A stretch of DNA of 64,000 nucleotides from an uncultured Actinomycetota bacterium (GCA_963696225.1 CAVOJG010000007.1:56657-120656), one strand, 5' to 3'; numbered from the stretch's first letter, positions 1 to 9,775 are shown. Notes: generated from the letters alone by a model not told the origin. Numbers and translations are program-made.

Positions 1-2
1 GC

Positions 3-161
3 GATCAGCTCATCGATTACTTCGAGCGTGATGTGCCTATGGCAGTCGACTCGGTACGCCGTGTGGAGTTCCGCTCTGCAGTGGGTACAGAAGGCTATGA
101 AGAGTCGCAGGTGGATGCCTTCTTGGACCGTGTGGTCGAGCTGATGGCCTCGATAGATTAG
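3..161 (+). CDS. DivIVA-domain protein, 3' end only
   Basis: Manual translation DQLIDYFERDVPMAVDSVRRVEFRSAVGTEGYEESQVDAFLDRVVELMASID* contains the DivIVA-type F..GY...VDAFLD motif; truncated by the window edge. Confidence 0.8.
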   Translation, partial: DQLIDYFERDVPMAVDSVRRVEFRSAVGTEGYEESQVDAFLDRVVELMASID

Positions 162-182
162 CTTTTCACGCACTAAACACGC

Positions 183-220
183 CGCGGCCGCTAGGGAACA
201 GATGTTCCGCAGCGGCCGCG
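183..220. terminator. Intrinsic terminator hairpin between convergent genes
   Basis: CGCGGCCGCT...AGCGGCCGCG inverted repeat. Confidence 0.7.
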
Positions 221-235
221 ATCTGGTTTAAGCGT

Positions 236-835
236 TTAGTCTTGGTCCTCAGATTTTGACTGGCGTCGTTTTTTGCCTTCTGTAGCGTAGTAGGCGTTTT
301 TAGTTCGTTCCCGAGCTCGTGCTTTAATCTCGACAATGTCCTCTGCGAAGTGCTCCTTAGTCATGGCTTTGAACTCGGCAATCTTCGCGTCGGTCTCTTG
401 CTGAGTTTCACCTGCCTGCCAGGGCCTTATCAGAAAAAATAGACCCAGATTCACCGCCGCATGAATAATTACAAAGACTCTTGCGGTGGCTGAATTGCCC
501 CATGCAATGAAGGCAAACATGGTGCCAGTCAAAAGGTAGGTGAACAACGGCAATACGCTATAACCCCAACCGCCGGGTTCGTTGAGTCTTCCTCGAATCA
601 CAAAGGGACGTTCTATGCCTACGGCGAGAAGCTCTCCGAGGATCAGAGTCGCCACCAGCACGCCAATGCTAGTTGCCAAGCTGGCGCTCATGGAGTCACT
701 GAATAGGATGGACAGCCAGAAAAGAAGCGCAACGACCAGTAATTTCAGTATGCCGGTGAACAAATGGCCGGTGAATGTTTGGATTAGTGAGGGCGGAGTC
801 CATGAGGGGTCATTGACTGGATGGATTGCAGACAT
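236..835 (-). CDS. Hypothetical integral membrane protein (about 4 TM) with charged C-terminal tail
   Basis: 199-aa ORF, four hydrophobic stretches, GGAGG RBS upstream. Confidence 0.75.
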   Translation of the reverse strand: MSAIHPVNDPSWTPPSLIQTFTGHLFTGILKLLVVALLFWLSILFSDSMSASLATSIGVLVATLILGELLAVGIERPFVIRGRLNEPGGWGYSVLPLFTYLLTGTMFAFIAWGNSATARVFVIIHAAVNLGLFFLIRPWQAGETQQETDAKIAEFKAMTKEHFAEDIVEIKARARERTKNAYYATEGKKRRQSKSEDQD

Positions 836-939
836 AAATGTTCCTCCCAGTGAATCACCGGAGAATGCCGGACTTGAACTTAGAATCCCTGGGATCCGGA
901 TGCATTAGTACGTAGCTATCAAATCGCGACAGAAGCGCC

Positions 940-1143
940 TTAAATGTCAGCCGCTGCGCGTTTCGCCTTGTTCAGCTCTATCCGCCGGTCAATGAGCCAC
1001 CCTGTTCCTATGAACAGTACCGAAGCAACTGAGTTCGTGATGGCTGTGTATCGTGAAGGATCAGTGGCTGAGTCCCAAAAATATGGGCTGCCAAAGGCAA
1101 CGGCTATCATCAAAAGCAAGCCGATAAAAACGTACATTTTCAC
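940..1143 (-). CDS. Small two-TM hypothetical protein
   Basis: 67-aa ORF with two hydrophobic segments and a basic tail; GGGGAGG upstream. Confidence 0.6.
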   Translation of the reverse strand: MKMYVFIGLLLMIAVAFGSPYFWDSATDPSRYTAITNSVASVLFIGTGWLIDRRIELNKAKRAAADI

Positions 1144-1385
1144 CCTCCCCGTGCCTGCCGAGACGTGAACAACGGCTAAAACAGATTCTTGCCTCTCAGC
1201 TTCAACCTGTGGATTACACGAACTTTCGTTAGAGGAACCGTTTATTCGAGGCTAACAGTTTCACGGAAATCAGTAAATCGTCCGAAACACCGGGGGCCGA
1301 ACAACGCCTAGGTGGCTGCACTGCAGAAAGCTCGTTAGCCACTCATATCGACTCGTCCGGGTGACCTTTTAGACCTGAGCCAGGA

Positions 1386-2855
1386 CTACTTGTAGCTGCG
1401 TTCTGGCACGTGCAGCAAGGCCATGACGCGGTCGACATTCGTGGGAATCTTGCGTTTGGATCTTTTGGATACCAGGATCATCACTGCAAATGCCAGGGGG
1501 ACGCTCCACGCGGCCGGCTGGCGGAGCATCAACACCCAGAACGAATCATTGTTCGGCACCATGCTCGACCCGAGCAGAGCGAGCCCGCAGCTCGCAGCCC
1601 CAGCCAGCATGCCGGCAATGGCCCCGCGTGCAGTAAGCGAACGCCACCAGATGCCCAGCAGTAGCAGCGGGCAGATCGTTGACGCCGTAAACGCGAAGAC
1701 ATTGCCAATAGCGCCGGCTAATGCCAACGAGCTGGTTAGCAGGGCAACTACGACCGGAATTGCGGTGGCAAGTACCGTGGAGATTCTAAAACCGCGCACG
1801 GTGCCATTAAAGAACTCTTGGGAAAGTGCTCCGGCCAAAGAGACTGCCAGCCCGGAGGTGGTGGATAAGAATGCGGCAAACGCGCCGCCTACCACCACGG
1901 CGGTCAATAGATCTGCAAGGACCCCGTCAAAGACACTTTGCGGTAGGAGCAAGATGGTGGCATCAGCGTTAGAAGCCGAAAGATCTTTGGTGTAGAGAAT
2001 GCCCAACACACCCAAGGTGGTCGGCAACAGGTAAAAAACCGAGAGCAGGCAGAGCACAATCGCCGTAGTAGTGCGTGCCGCGTGCCCTGTCGGATTCGTG
2101 TAAAAACGCACCAGTACGTGCGGTAGACCGAGCGTGCCGAAGAGCAGAGCCAGAATAATCGAGATGGTCTCATACAGGCTCATCGAACTGATCGATTCCA
2201 ATTGCCCGGCAACCGCCGCGGCTCGCTCGGGGACCGAATACTCGGGCAAGACTTGGAAGAGTACAAATAGCGTGGGGATCACCAAGGCTGCAAGTTTGAA
2301 CCAGTATTGGAATGCCTGCACAAACGTCACCGAACGCATGCCGCCGGAGACTACTGTCAGGCACACCACCGCAGCGACAATAAGCGGGCCAATCCAGCCA
2401 GGGAGCCCGGTGGCAATGGACAGCGTTAACGCCGCACCATGCATTTGCGGGACGATATATAACCAACAGATGATCACCACTAAGTAGGTGGTGATCTTGC
2501 GCAGCATGATCGATTCTTCGAAGCGGATCTGGGCAAAGTCAGGAATCGTATAAGCCTGCGACCTGCGCAACGGTGCAGCAACAAATAACAAGAGCATCAA
2601 ATATCCGGCCGTGTACCCAATCGGAAACCACAGCCCGGATTGCCCGCTGAGCACAATCAGCCCGGCAACGCCCAAAAATGAGGCTGCCGAGAGGTACTCA
2701 CCACCGATGGCAGACGCATTCCACCAAGGGCGCACGGTTCGCGAAGCAACATAAAAGTCACTGGTGGTACGAGATAGCCGCAGCCCATAGAAGGCGATCA
2801 GCATAGTGGTGAGGCTGACAAGAACTAGAGCCAGCACGGAAAACAGGTTGGTCAT
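1386..2855 (-). CDS. Solute:sodium symporter family protein (ActP/MctC-like paralog)
   Basis: NASAIGGEYLSAASFLG and GLPHVLVRFYT motifs, many TM helices. Confidence 0.9.
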   Translation of the reverse strand: MTNLFSVLALVLVSLTTMLIAFYGLRLSRTTSDFYVASRTVRPWWNASAIGGEYLSAASFLGVAGLIVLSGQSGLWFPIGYTAGYLMLLLFVAAPLRRSQAYTIPDFAQIRFEESIMLRKITTYLVVIICWLYIVPQMHGAALTLSIATGLPGWIGPLIVAAVVCLTVVSGGMRSVTFVQAFQYWFKLAALVIPTLFVLFQVLPEYSVPERAAAVAGQLESISSMSLYETISIILALLFGTLGLPHVLVRFYTNPTGHAARTTTAIVLCLLSVFYLLPTTLGVLGILYTKDLSASNADATILLLPQSVFDGVLADLLTAVVVGGAFAAFLSTTSGLAVSLAGALSQEFFNGTVRGFRISTVLATAIPVVVALLTSSLALAGAIGNVFAFTASTICPLLLLGIWWRSLTARGAIAGMLAGAASCGLALLGSSMVPNNDSFWVLMLRQPAAWSVPLAFAVMILVSKRSKRKIPTNVDRVMALLHVPERSYK

Positions 2856-3223
2856 CGAGAGATGCTCCGGTAGCGCAGTTCGTTACGCGCTGCTGCCCGG
2901 TTGTAAAGCATGCCGGCAATGATGATCAATGGGTAAATACCTACACCCAGAATCCACCAAGGCAGTGGAATATTAAAGAGCATGATCTGCGAGACCACCG
3001 GCCAAAAAACCAAGATTGCGGAGATCCCCACCAGCATGATCAGCAACCCAGCCGCTACGGCCACCGCCAGACGCAGCTGCGAACGGATCAGCTGACGTAC
3101 ATAAAAGTTTTCGGCGCTCTGCTCGGGGCGCGTCGCGGGGATGTTCAAGCTTGCATCCTGCGGAGCCTGTACCCGCACACGCTGCGGGCGTTGCTGGGCA
3201 AAGCGGCCTAATGGTTCGCTCAC
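2852..3223 (-). CDS. Small two-TM symporter-associated protein (DUF485-like)
   Basis: Two TM segments; 4-nt overlaps with both neighbours. Confidence 0.75.
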   Translation of the reverse strand: MSEPLGRFAQQRPQRVRVQAPQDASLNIPATRPEQSAENFYVRQLIRSQLRLAVAVAAGLLIMLVGISAILVFWPVVSQIMLFNIPLPWWILGVGIYPLIIIAGMLYNRAAARNELRYRSISR

Positions 3224-3936
3224 AATGGACGAACCCTGTTTGCGGCCAGACGTTCGCGCAGGTAGGGCAACGCACGGCGCGAAATCGGCAGTTCAACACC
3301 GTTGACCACTACTGCAGCCTTACCGGTTTGCAACCGCACCGTTTCGATCTTGTCCATGGAAACCAAGTAAGAGCGGTGAATGCGCACGTAGCCGGATTCT
3401 GCCCATTGCTGTTCCAGATCGTTGAGCGGAACACGAATCAGGTAGCTGGACTCGCGGGTATGCAGCCGGGCGTAATCACCTTGAGCCTGGACAAAACCGA
3501 TTTCGTCACGCGGTATGAGCTTGGTGATGCCGCCCTGATCTACCGTAATCATTTCCGGCTTTGCCGGTTCGTCCTCAACCAGTTCGCAGATGCGGCGGAC
3601 GGATTCGGCCAGCCGCTGCGGGCGGATGGGTTTCAGTACGTAGTCGATAGCCGCCAGCTCGAAGGCCTCTAAAGCTTGGTCTTCGTCAGCGGTGACAAAT
3701 ACGATTAGTGGCGGATGAGCGAAACGGGAGATGACTCGGGCAATGTCCAGTCCGGACAGCGCAGGCATGTGGATGTCCAAGAACAGGGCATCAACATCGT
3801 TTTCTTCCAAGGCTTTGAGCGCTGCGGCGCCGGAAGTAGCTCGGTGGATTTTTCCGATTCGCGAATCTTGTCCGAGCAGGAAAGATATTTCTTCTACTGC
3901 TGGAAGTTCATCATCGGCAACGACCACATTAATCAT
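3220..3936 (-). CDS. LytTR-family response regulator
   Basis: Receiver domain (VVADDE, FLDIHMP, DYVLKP) plus LytTR domain (RIHRSYLV). Confidence 0.95.
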   Translation of the reverse strand: MINVVVADDELPAVEEISFLLGQDSRIGKIHRATSGAAALKALEENDVDALFLDIHMPALSGLDIARVISRFAHPPLIVFVTADEDQALEAFELAAIDYVLKPIRPQRLAESVRRICELVEDEPAKPEMITVDQGGITKLIPRDEIGFVQAQGDYARLHTRESSYLIRVPLNDLEQQWAESGYVRIHRSYLVSMDKIETVRLQTGKAAVVVNGVELPISRRALPYLRERLAANRVRPL

Positions 3937-3956
3937 GCCTAAAACTCTACCTTTGC

Positions 3957-5144
3957 TTAGGGCATTACGTCTGGTTCTAAGGTCTGCGGGGGACGGAACT
4001 TCGGGATTCTCATGGTGATAAGCGTTCCCTCGTCCGGCGCAGTATCGATCAGCAGACCATTGGCATTGCCGTAGAGCTGGCGTAGCCTGACATCCACGTT
4101 ACGCAGGCCCACATGCATATTGACTGTAGTTCCGGCCAAAACAGAGGCTAACTGCTCGGGATCCATACCTGCTCCGTCGTCTTCCACGCTGATTACCGCG
4201 TGCAGTCCATCCTCGGTGGCGGTAATCGAGATTCTCCCGCCATCGGGGCGTGCTTCCAATCCGTGGTGGACGGCGTTCTCCACCAAGGGCTGTAGGCAGA
4301 GGAAGGGAATCTGGGTAGCAAGTACTTCCGGGGCGATCTGCAAGGAGACCTTGATGCGGTCCCCAAAACGTGCCTTTTCCAAGAGCAGGTACCGGTCAAT
4401 TGCCTCGAGCTCTTCGGCCAAGGTAGTGAATTCACCACGCCGGCGGAACGAATACCGGGTGAAGTCAGCAAATTCAATCACCAGCTCGCGTGCCCTGGCC
4501 GGATCGGTGTTGATAAATGAGGCGATGGCGTTCAGCGAGTTGTAGATGAAGTGCGGGGAGATCTGCGCACGGAGGGCGCGCATCTGCGCCTCGAGCAGCT
4601 TGGCTTTTGACTCATCGAGTTCTGCGGTGGTGACCTGGGCAGAAACAAAAACGGCGACCTCCGATACGGCGCGCACGAAGCTTGCTCCGGCGTGTTCGGA
4701 CAACGCCGTGACTGTACCTACCGCTTGCCCGCTGACCAATAGTGGGGCGGCCACAAGATCAAAGCCGGGGGTGCGGTGGACTTGCGTTTTCTGGCTAGTG
4801 ATTGCCGAGAGGCCGGTAGCCTGCGCACGCTCTTGAAGCCCGGAGGTAAAGTCAATTGCCGAGTCGGTGGCGAGGATCTGCTGGGAATCGCTGATCACTA
4901 ATGCTGAGCAGCCCAGAAGTTTACGCAACGCCTTTGCACTTTTTGCGGCTCCTTCTTCGGTCAGACCGCGTCCCAGGTGCGGCACCGCTACAGACATATG
5001 GTGCAGGGCTTGGAAAGTAGCTTCTTCGGCGTAGGAACCCAGATCCTTAGTTGAGCGGGATATTTTAAAACCCAGGTAGCCGACAATCGCGATGCCAACA
5101 ATCACGATGGTGACGATGAGGGTGATCTGCAGGGCGGGAGACAT
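3957..5144 (-). CDS. LytS-family sensor histidine kinase with a single N-terminal TM
   Basis: LRAQISPHFIYNSLNAI, LQPLVENAVHHG, VEDDGAG, GLRNV motifs. Confidence 0.95.
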   Translation of the reverse strand: MSPALQITLIVTIVIVGIAIVGYLGFKISRSTKDLGSYAEEATFQALHHMSVAVPHLGRGLTEEGAAKSAKALRKLLGCSALVISDSQQILATDSAIDFTSGLQERAQATGLSAITSQKTQVHRTPGFDLVAAPLLVSGQAVGTVTALSEHAGASFVRAVSEVAVFVSAQVTTAELDESKAKLLEAQMRALRAQISPHFIYNSLNAIASFINTDPARARELVIEFADFTRYSFRRRGEFTTLAEELEAIDRYLLLEKARFGDRIKVSLQIAPEVLATQIPFLCLQPLVENAVHHGLEARPDGGRISITATEDGLHAVISVEDDGAGMDPEQLASVLAGTTVNMHVGLRNVDVRLRQLYGNANGLLIDTAPDEGTLITMRIPKFRPPQTLEPDVMP

Positions 5145-5176
5145 ATGCCCATCCTAAAGCCACCCAATACCGCTAA

Positions 5177-5229
5177 CCGTTCGTCGTTTGGCAACCTGCC
5201 GTTGGGCGCAAGAATTTGCCCGTTAGGCC
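5177..5229 (+). promoter_or_regulatory. Three LytTR-type direct repeats upstream of DUF485-actP
   Basis: CCGTTCGTCG (5177), CCGTTGGGCG (5199), CCGTTAGGCC (5220); 22 and 21 bp spacing. Confidence 0.7.
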
Positions 5230-5344
5230 CCTTGTATTACGCAACCCCTAGTGAGCTGAACATAAATAGCTAATAGTGAACTTAGTCACAACGCACATAT
5301 GTGCATCATCACTAATTTTTGTAACTCGCTCAAGGAGGGCACCA

Positions 5345-5689
5345 ATGAGTGCTGAACCGCAACCCGATGTCTCAGAGGACATTGATTTTGTGGCGGAAAG
5401 GAATTCGGAAGAATTCCAGGAACTGCGCAAGACTCACCGCAGTTTTGTTTTCCCCATGGCAATCTTCTTTCTCGTCTGGTACTTCGCCTACGTCTTGCTA
5501 GCCGACTACTTCCACGACTTCATGTCCATCAAGGTCTTCGGCAACGTCAACATGGGTATCCTTCTTGGCCTGTTGCAGTTTGTCTCAACCTTCGTCATTA
5601 CCGGCATGTATGTGCACTTCTCCAACAAGAAGCTTGATCCAAAGGCAGCGAAGATTCGTAAGCGCCTTGAAAAAGAGGGCGTGAACTAA
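5345..5689 (+). CDS. DUF485 membrane protein (YjcH/MctB-like)
   Basis: EFQELRKTHRSFVFPM...GLLQFVSTF; AAGGAGG RBS before ATG 5345. Confidence 0.9.
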   Translation: MSAEPQPDVSEDIDFVAERNSEEFQELRKTHRSFVFPMAIFFLVWYFAYVLLADYFHDFMSIKVFGNVNMGILLGLLQFVSTFVITGMYVHFSNKKLDPKAAKIRKRLEKEGVN

Positions 5690-7311
5690 TGAATTCCTCG
5701 CTAATCCTGGCCCAGGCGGCCGAGGCTACCCAAGTGGGCAACCCACTTGTTAACATCGCGATCTTTGCAGCCTTTGTCGGCATCACCTTGGTGATTGTGC
5801 TGAAGGCAAGTAAGAACAATAAGACCGCTGCGGACTACTACGCAGGCGGCCGTTCCTTCACCGGAACCCAAAACGGTACCGCCATCGCCGGCGACTACCT
5901 CTCGGCGGCATCCTTCCTGGGCATTGTTGGCGCGATCGCGATCAATGGTTATGACGGATTCCTCTACTCCATCGGCTTCCTCGTTGCGTGGCTTGTCGCA
6001 CTGCTGCTGGTGGCTGAACTACTGCGCAACACCGGTAAATTCACCATGGCCGATGTGCTTTCCTTCCGTCTGAAGCAGCGTCCGGTGCGTATTGCCGCGG
6101 CGATCTCCACTCTTGCAGTTTGCGTGTTCTACCTGCTGGCGCAGATGGCTGGCGCCGGTGCGCTGGTCTCGCTGCTGCTGGGCATCGATGAGAAGCTTGG
6201 CCAATCGCTGGTCATCATCGTTGTGGGCGCACTGATGATCATGTATGTACTGATCGGCGGCATGAAGGGCACCACGTGGGTGCAGATCATCAAGGCGTGC
6301 CTGCTGATCGCCGGCGCATTGGTCATGACCATCTGGACTCTGGCACTATTCGACTTCAACTTCTCTGCTCTGCTGGGCAAAGCCGCCGAGGTGGCTGGCA
6401 ACCCAGAAATTCTGAATCCGGGCATGCAGTACGGCAAGTCCGAAACCTCGAAGCTCGACTTCATCTCACTGGCACTGGCTCTGGTACTTGGTACCGCTGG
6501 CCTGCCGCACGTGCTGATGCGCTTCTACACCGTTCCTACCGCGAAGGAAGCTCGCAAGTCGGTAGTTTGGGCGATCTGGTTGATCGGCGCTTTCTACCTG
6601 TTCACCCTGGTTCTCGGTTTCGGTGCCGGTGCGTTGATTGGCCCAGACAAGATCAAGGCCGCTCCTGGCGGCGTGAACTCCGCGGCTCCGCTTTTGGCCT
6701 ATGAATTGGGTGGCACACTACTGCTGGGTCTGATTTCGGCAGTCGCTTTCGCAACGATCCTCGCGGTGGTGGCGGGCCTGACGATTACGGCTGCAGCATC
6801 CTTCGCCCATGACGTCTACGCCTCGGTCATCGCCAAGGACAAGACGACCCCGGAAAAGGAAATGAAGGTTGCCCGTCGCACGGTGATTGTGATCGGTATC
6901 TTCGCTATCGCCGGTGGCATAGGTGCTCAGGGACAGAACGTCGCCTTCCTGGTGGCGCTGGCCTTCGCGGTAGCAGCCTCGGCAAACCTGCCAACGATTC
7001 TCTACTCGCTGTTCTGGAAGGGTTTCAAGACCCGCGGCGCGGTGTGGTCCATGTACGGTGGTTTGGGTTCGGCAATCTTGCTGATCATCTTCTCCCCGGT
7101 ATTCTCCGGATCGCCAACCGCGATGGTTCCAGGTATCGACATCTCCATCTTCCCGCTGGCTAACCCGGGCATAGTGTCCATCCCGCTGGCCTTCATCCTT
7201 GGTTGGCTGGGTTCGATTACCGATCCGGGAACCGAAGACATCACCAAGCAGGCAGAAATGGAAGTTCGTTCGCTGACCGGTGTGGGTGCCGAGAAGGCGG
7301 TTGATCACTAG
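5689..7311 (+). CDS. actP: Cation/acetate (monocarboxylate) symporter
   Basis: NGTAIAGDYLSAASFLG and GLPHVLMRFYTVP; coupled to the DUF485 gene. Confidence 0.9.
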   Translation: MNSSLILAQAAEATQVGNPLVNIAIFAAFVGITLVIVLKASKNNKTAADYYAGGRSFTGTQNGTAIAGDYLSAASFLGIVGAIAINGYDGFLYSIGFLVAWLVALLLVAELLRNTGKFTMADVLSFRLKQRPVRIAAAISTLAVCVFYLLAQMAGAGALVSLLLGIDEKLGQSLVIIVVGALMIMYVLIGGMKGTTWVQIIKACLLIAGALVMTIWTLALFDFNFSALLGKAAEVAGNPEILNPGMQYGKSETSKLDFISLALALVLGTAGLPHVLMRFYTVPTAKEARKSVVWAIWLIGAFYLFTLVLGFGAGALIGPDKIKAAPGGVNSAAPLLAYELGGTLLLGLISAVAFATILAVVAGLTITAAASFAHDVYASVIAKDKTTPEKEMKVARRTVIVIGIFAIAGGIGAQGQNVAFLVALAFAVAASANLPTILYSLFWKGFKTRGAVWSMYGGLGSAILLIIFSPVFSGSPTAMVPGIDISIFPLANPGIVSIPLAFILGWLGSITDPGTEDITKQAEMEVRSLTGVGAEKAVDH

Positions 7312-7345
7312 GCGATCAACAATCTAATTTGCAAGTAAACAACCG

Positions 7346-7389
7346 GCGGTGGCCGGGACCAGTTCCTTCGAACGGTCCCGGCCACCGCC
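7346..7389. terminator. Terminator hairpin between convergent genes
   Basis: GGCGGTGGCCGGGACC...GGTCCCGGCCACCGCC followed by TTT. Confidence 0.85.
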
Positions 7390-7421
7390 TTTGCTGTCGG
7401 GCCTAGCTTACTTCTGTGCTC

Positions 7422-8465
7422 TTATTTCTGTGCCAATAGACGCTGCACGCGGGGCTTGACCTCGGTGGCCAGCAGCGTGATTGATTCCAGAAGATGCTCC
7501 TGAGGCAAACCACCAATATCGGTCTGCAAGAAGTGGCGCATATGTCCGAGATAGCCGTGCAGGTGCACGATGCGTTCGGCGACCTCATCGGGGGAGCCGA
7601 CGTAGTAGGCTCCGGGAGCCTCGGCCTGGGAGTCATAGGCTCGTTTATCGGGTGCTGGCCACCCGCGCAGCCTGCCCATTTCCACGTTTAAGTTGTACCA
7701 ACCCGGGTAGAAACGATCCAGTGCCTCTTGTTTGGTTGGTGCGACAAGTCCCAGCGCGGCGACGGAAATCTTCAGATCTTCTGCCTGGTGTCCGGCCGCA
7801 GCACCGGTCTTGCGGTAAAGCTCGGCTAACGGTGCAAAACGGTGTGGTGCGCCGCCGATGATGCCGTAGGAGACCGGCAAGCCCAATTGCCCGGCGCGTG
7901 CCGATGACGCGGCATTTCCTCCCGTCGCTAGCCAGATCGGCAGTTTCCGCTCGGCGGGCCGAGGCACCACGGCGAGGTCGGCTAAGGCCGGACGTTTGCT
8001 GCCAGACCAAGTGACATTTTCGCTGGTCGAGTTATTGATGGTCATCAGCAGATCAAGCTTCTGCGCGTAAAGCTCGTCATATTCTTGCAGGTCATAACCG
8101 AAGAGCGGGAAAGTCTCCACTGAAGACCCGCGGCCCGCGGTAATTTCAACCCGTCCGCCCCCGGCAATGATGTCTGCCGTTGCGAACTGCTGATAGACGC
8201 GCACCGGATCATCGGTGCTGATGATGCTTGCGGCACTTCCCAGGATGATCTGCTCGGTTACTGCCGCGGCGGCGCTGATCAGCGCACCGGGAGATGAAGC
8301 TGGCATCGTGGTGGTGTGGTGTTCACCAACGCCGAAGTAATCTAGCCCGCTGCGATCAGCTACCTTGATTGCTTCGAAAAGGTTCGTGATGGCCTGAGCC
8401 GTTGAGCCCAGGGATCCGTCGTCGTTTCGTTGGGTATCGCCAAAGCTATATGTGCCGAGTTCCAT
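7422..8465 (-). CDS. LLM-class flavin-dependent oxidoreductase (luciferase-like monooxygenase)
   Basis: FGVGEHH, STDDPVRVYQQFAT, GRGSSVETFPLFG. Confidence 0.9.
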   Translation of the reverse strand: MELGTYSFGDTQRNDDGSLGSTAQAITNLFEAIKVADRSGLDYFGVGEHHTTTMPASSPGALISAAAAVTEQIILGSAASIISTDDPVRVYQQFATADIIAGGGRVEITAGRGSSVETFPLFGYDLQEYDELYAQKLDLLMTINNSTSENVTWSGSKRPALADLAVVPRPAERKLPIWLATGGNAASSARAGQLGLPVSYGIIGGAPHRFAPLAELYRKTGAAAGHQAEDLKISVAALGLVAPTKQEALDRFYPGWYNLNVEMGRLRGWPAPDKRAYDSQAEAPGAYYVGSPDEVAERIVHLHGYLGHMRHFLQTDIGGLPQEHLLESITLLATEVKPRVQRLLAQK

Positions 8466-9160
8466 GAATTTGTGGTCCTTAGTGGATAGTCAAGCCGGTG
8501 ATTAAAAGAGATCCTGGAGTCCGCGAGCAACTCGGAAAGCTGCGCCGAATTGTAGCGGCCGTTGAAGATCCGCTGGCCCGGTTCGAACTGGCGTCCGGCG
8601 CCAAGCTCTCCGGCATCAACAGAATCGAATCCGATGCGGTGGATGAAATCCATAACGCCGGCCTTGGCCTGTGCGTCATCTCCGGCGACCGCCAACGCGC
8701 GCCGGTCTGGGCTGTGTGCGGCCGCCGCGTCGGGTTCCATCTCGTGATAGCCGATGTGGTTGAAGGACTTCACTACCCGGGAATCTGCCAGATGCCCCGC
8801 TACAACCTCGCTCGAAGATAATGGCGTGCCAGCGAAATCGGCGATCTCACCATCGGTTCCAGCCCAGTAGTTCATGGCGTCTACGACGATTTTCCCACTC
8901 AGTGCACGGGCATCAAGCTGCGCGTATTTGTGTAGCGGGATCGCCAAAACGACGATATCCGCGTCTGCCGCTTCGGCCGCGGACACGGCTTCGGCCCCCG
9001 GCGTGACGATTTCAATGATCAACGAGTTGTCGGCTGCCGGTTTTGAGGTGGCTAGCTTGACCCGGTATCCGGCGGCGAGTGCGAGCCTGGCGATGGCGGT
9101 ACCGACGCGTCCGGCGCCGAGGATGCCAATGGTGTGTGTTGACTGACCGGTTCCATGCAT
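8360..9160 (-). CDS. NADPH-dependent F420-reductase-like NAD(P)-binding oxidoreductase; 3' end probably extended by an indel near 8504-8507
   Basis: GILGAGRVG, VVDAMNYW, VVKSFNH, AVAGDD; 106-nt overlap with the LLM gene is atypical. Confidence 0.85.
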   Translation of the reverse strand: MHGTGQSTHTIGILGAGRVGTAIARLALAAGYRVKLATSKPAADNSLIIEIVTPGAEAVSAAEAADADIVVLAIPLHKYAQLDARALSGKIVVDAMNYWAGTDGEIADFAGTPLSSSEVVAGHLADSRVVKSFNHIGYHEMEPDAAAAHSPDRRALAVAGDDAQAKAGVMDFIHRIGFDSVDAGELGAGRQFEPGQRIFNGRYNSAQLSELLADSRISFNHRLDYPLRTTNSWNSAHIALAIPNETTTDPWAQRLRPSRTFSKQSR

Positions 9161-9190
9161 GAGGAGACGAGCCGCCTTTCAGCAATTTGT

Positions 9191-9228
9191 TCTGTATTAC
9201 AGACTATATTGATCACAGAACATCTGTG
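9191..9228. promoter_or_regulatory. Putative MarR operator palindromes
   Basis: TCTGTA-T-TACAGA (9191-9203) and CACAGA-ACA-TCTGTG (9214-9228) between the divergent genes. Confidence 0.5.
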
Positions 9229-9259
9229 CAACCTCGCAACTTCGGATATGATGGTGATC

Positions 9260-9775
9260 ATGAGCACCTCACGCACCGCCAGTCAAACTCCTGAAACCGC
9301 ACCAGCTGATGTACTCCCAGGAGATCTCGGATGGCATCTGGGGATGATATTGCGTGGGCACCAGCTGGCGCTTGCGCAGTGCGTGGGCCAGCTGCCAGGG
9401 GCGGTGCGGGGCTACCAGCTGCTTTCCACGGTGGTTCATAGGGACCCGGCAAATCAGCAAGCGCTCGGTGCGCACCTGGGAATTGATCGCACGGTGCTGA
9501 CCTACCTCATCGATGACCTCGTCGCGGCCCAATTGGTGGAGCGAGTACCGGCGCCAAGCGACCGCCGGGCCCGCAAAATCATCGCGACAGCGCACGGTGA
9601 GAAGGTATTGCAGAAACTTGAAATTGAGGTGCGCAAGGCAGAGCGGGAGCTCTTGGCCGGACTGGACGCCGGGCAAAGTGCGCAACTGTCCCAATTGATC
9701 GCCAAGCTGTCGGCGAGCATCCACCGGGCGCAGCTGGGAGCCAATCCCTGCGAAGCGATGGATGCGCTGGATTGA
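9260..9775 (+). CDS. MarR-family regulator
   Basis: QQALGAHLGIDRTVLTYLIDDL...DRRARKI; TATGAT 7 nt before ATG 9260 suggests a leaderless start. Confidence 0.9.
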   Translation: MSTSRTASQTPETAPADVLPGDLGWHLGMILRGHQLALAQCVGQLPGAVRGYQLLSTVVHRDPANQQALGAHLGIDRTVLTYLIDDLVAAQLVERVPAPSDRRARKIIATAHGEKVLQKLEIEVRKAERELLAGLDAGQSAQLSQLIAKLSASIHRAQLGANPCEAMDALD

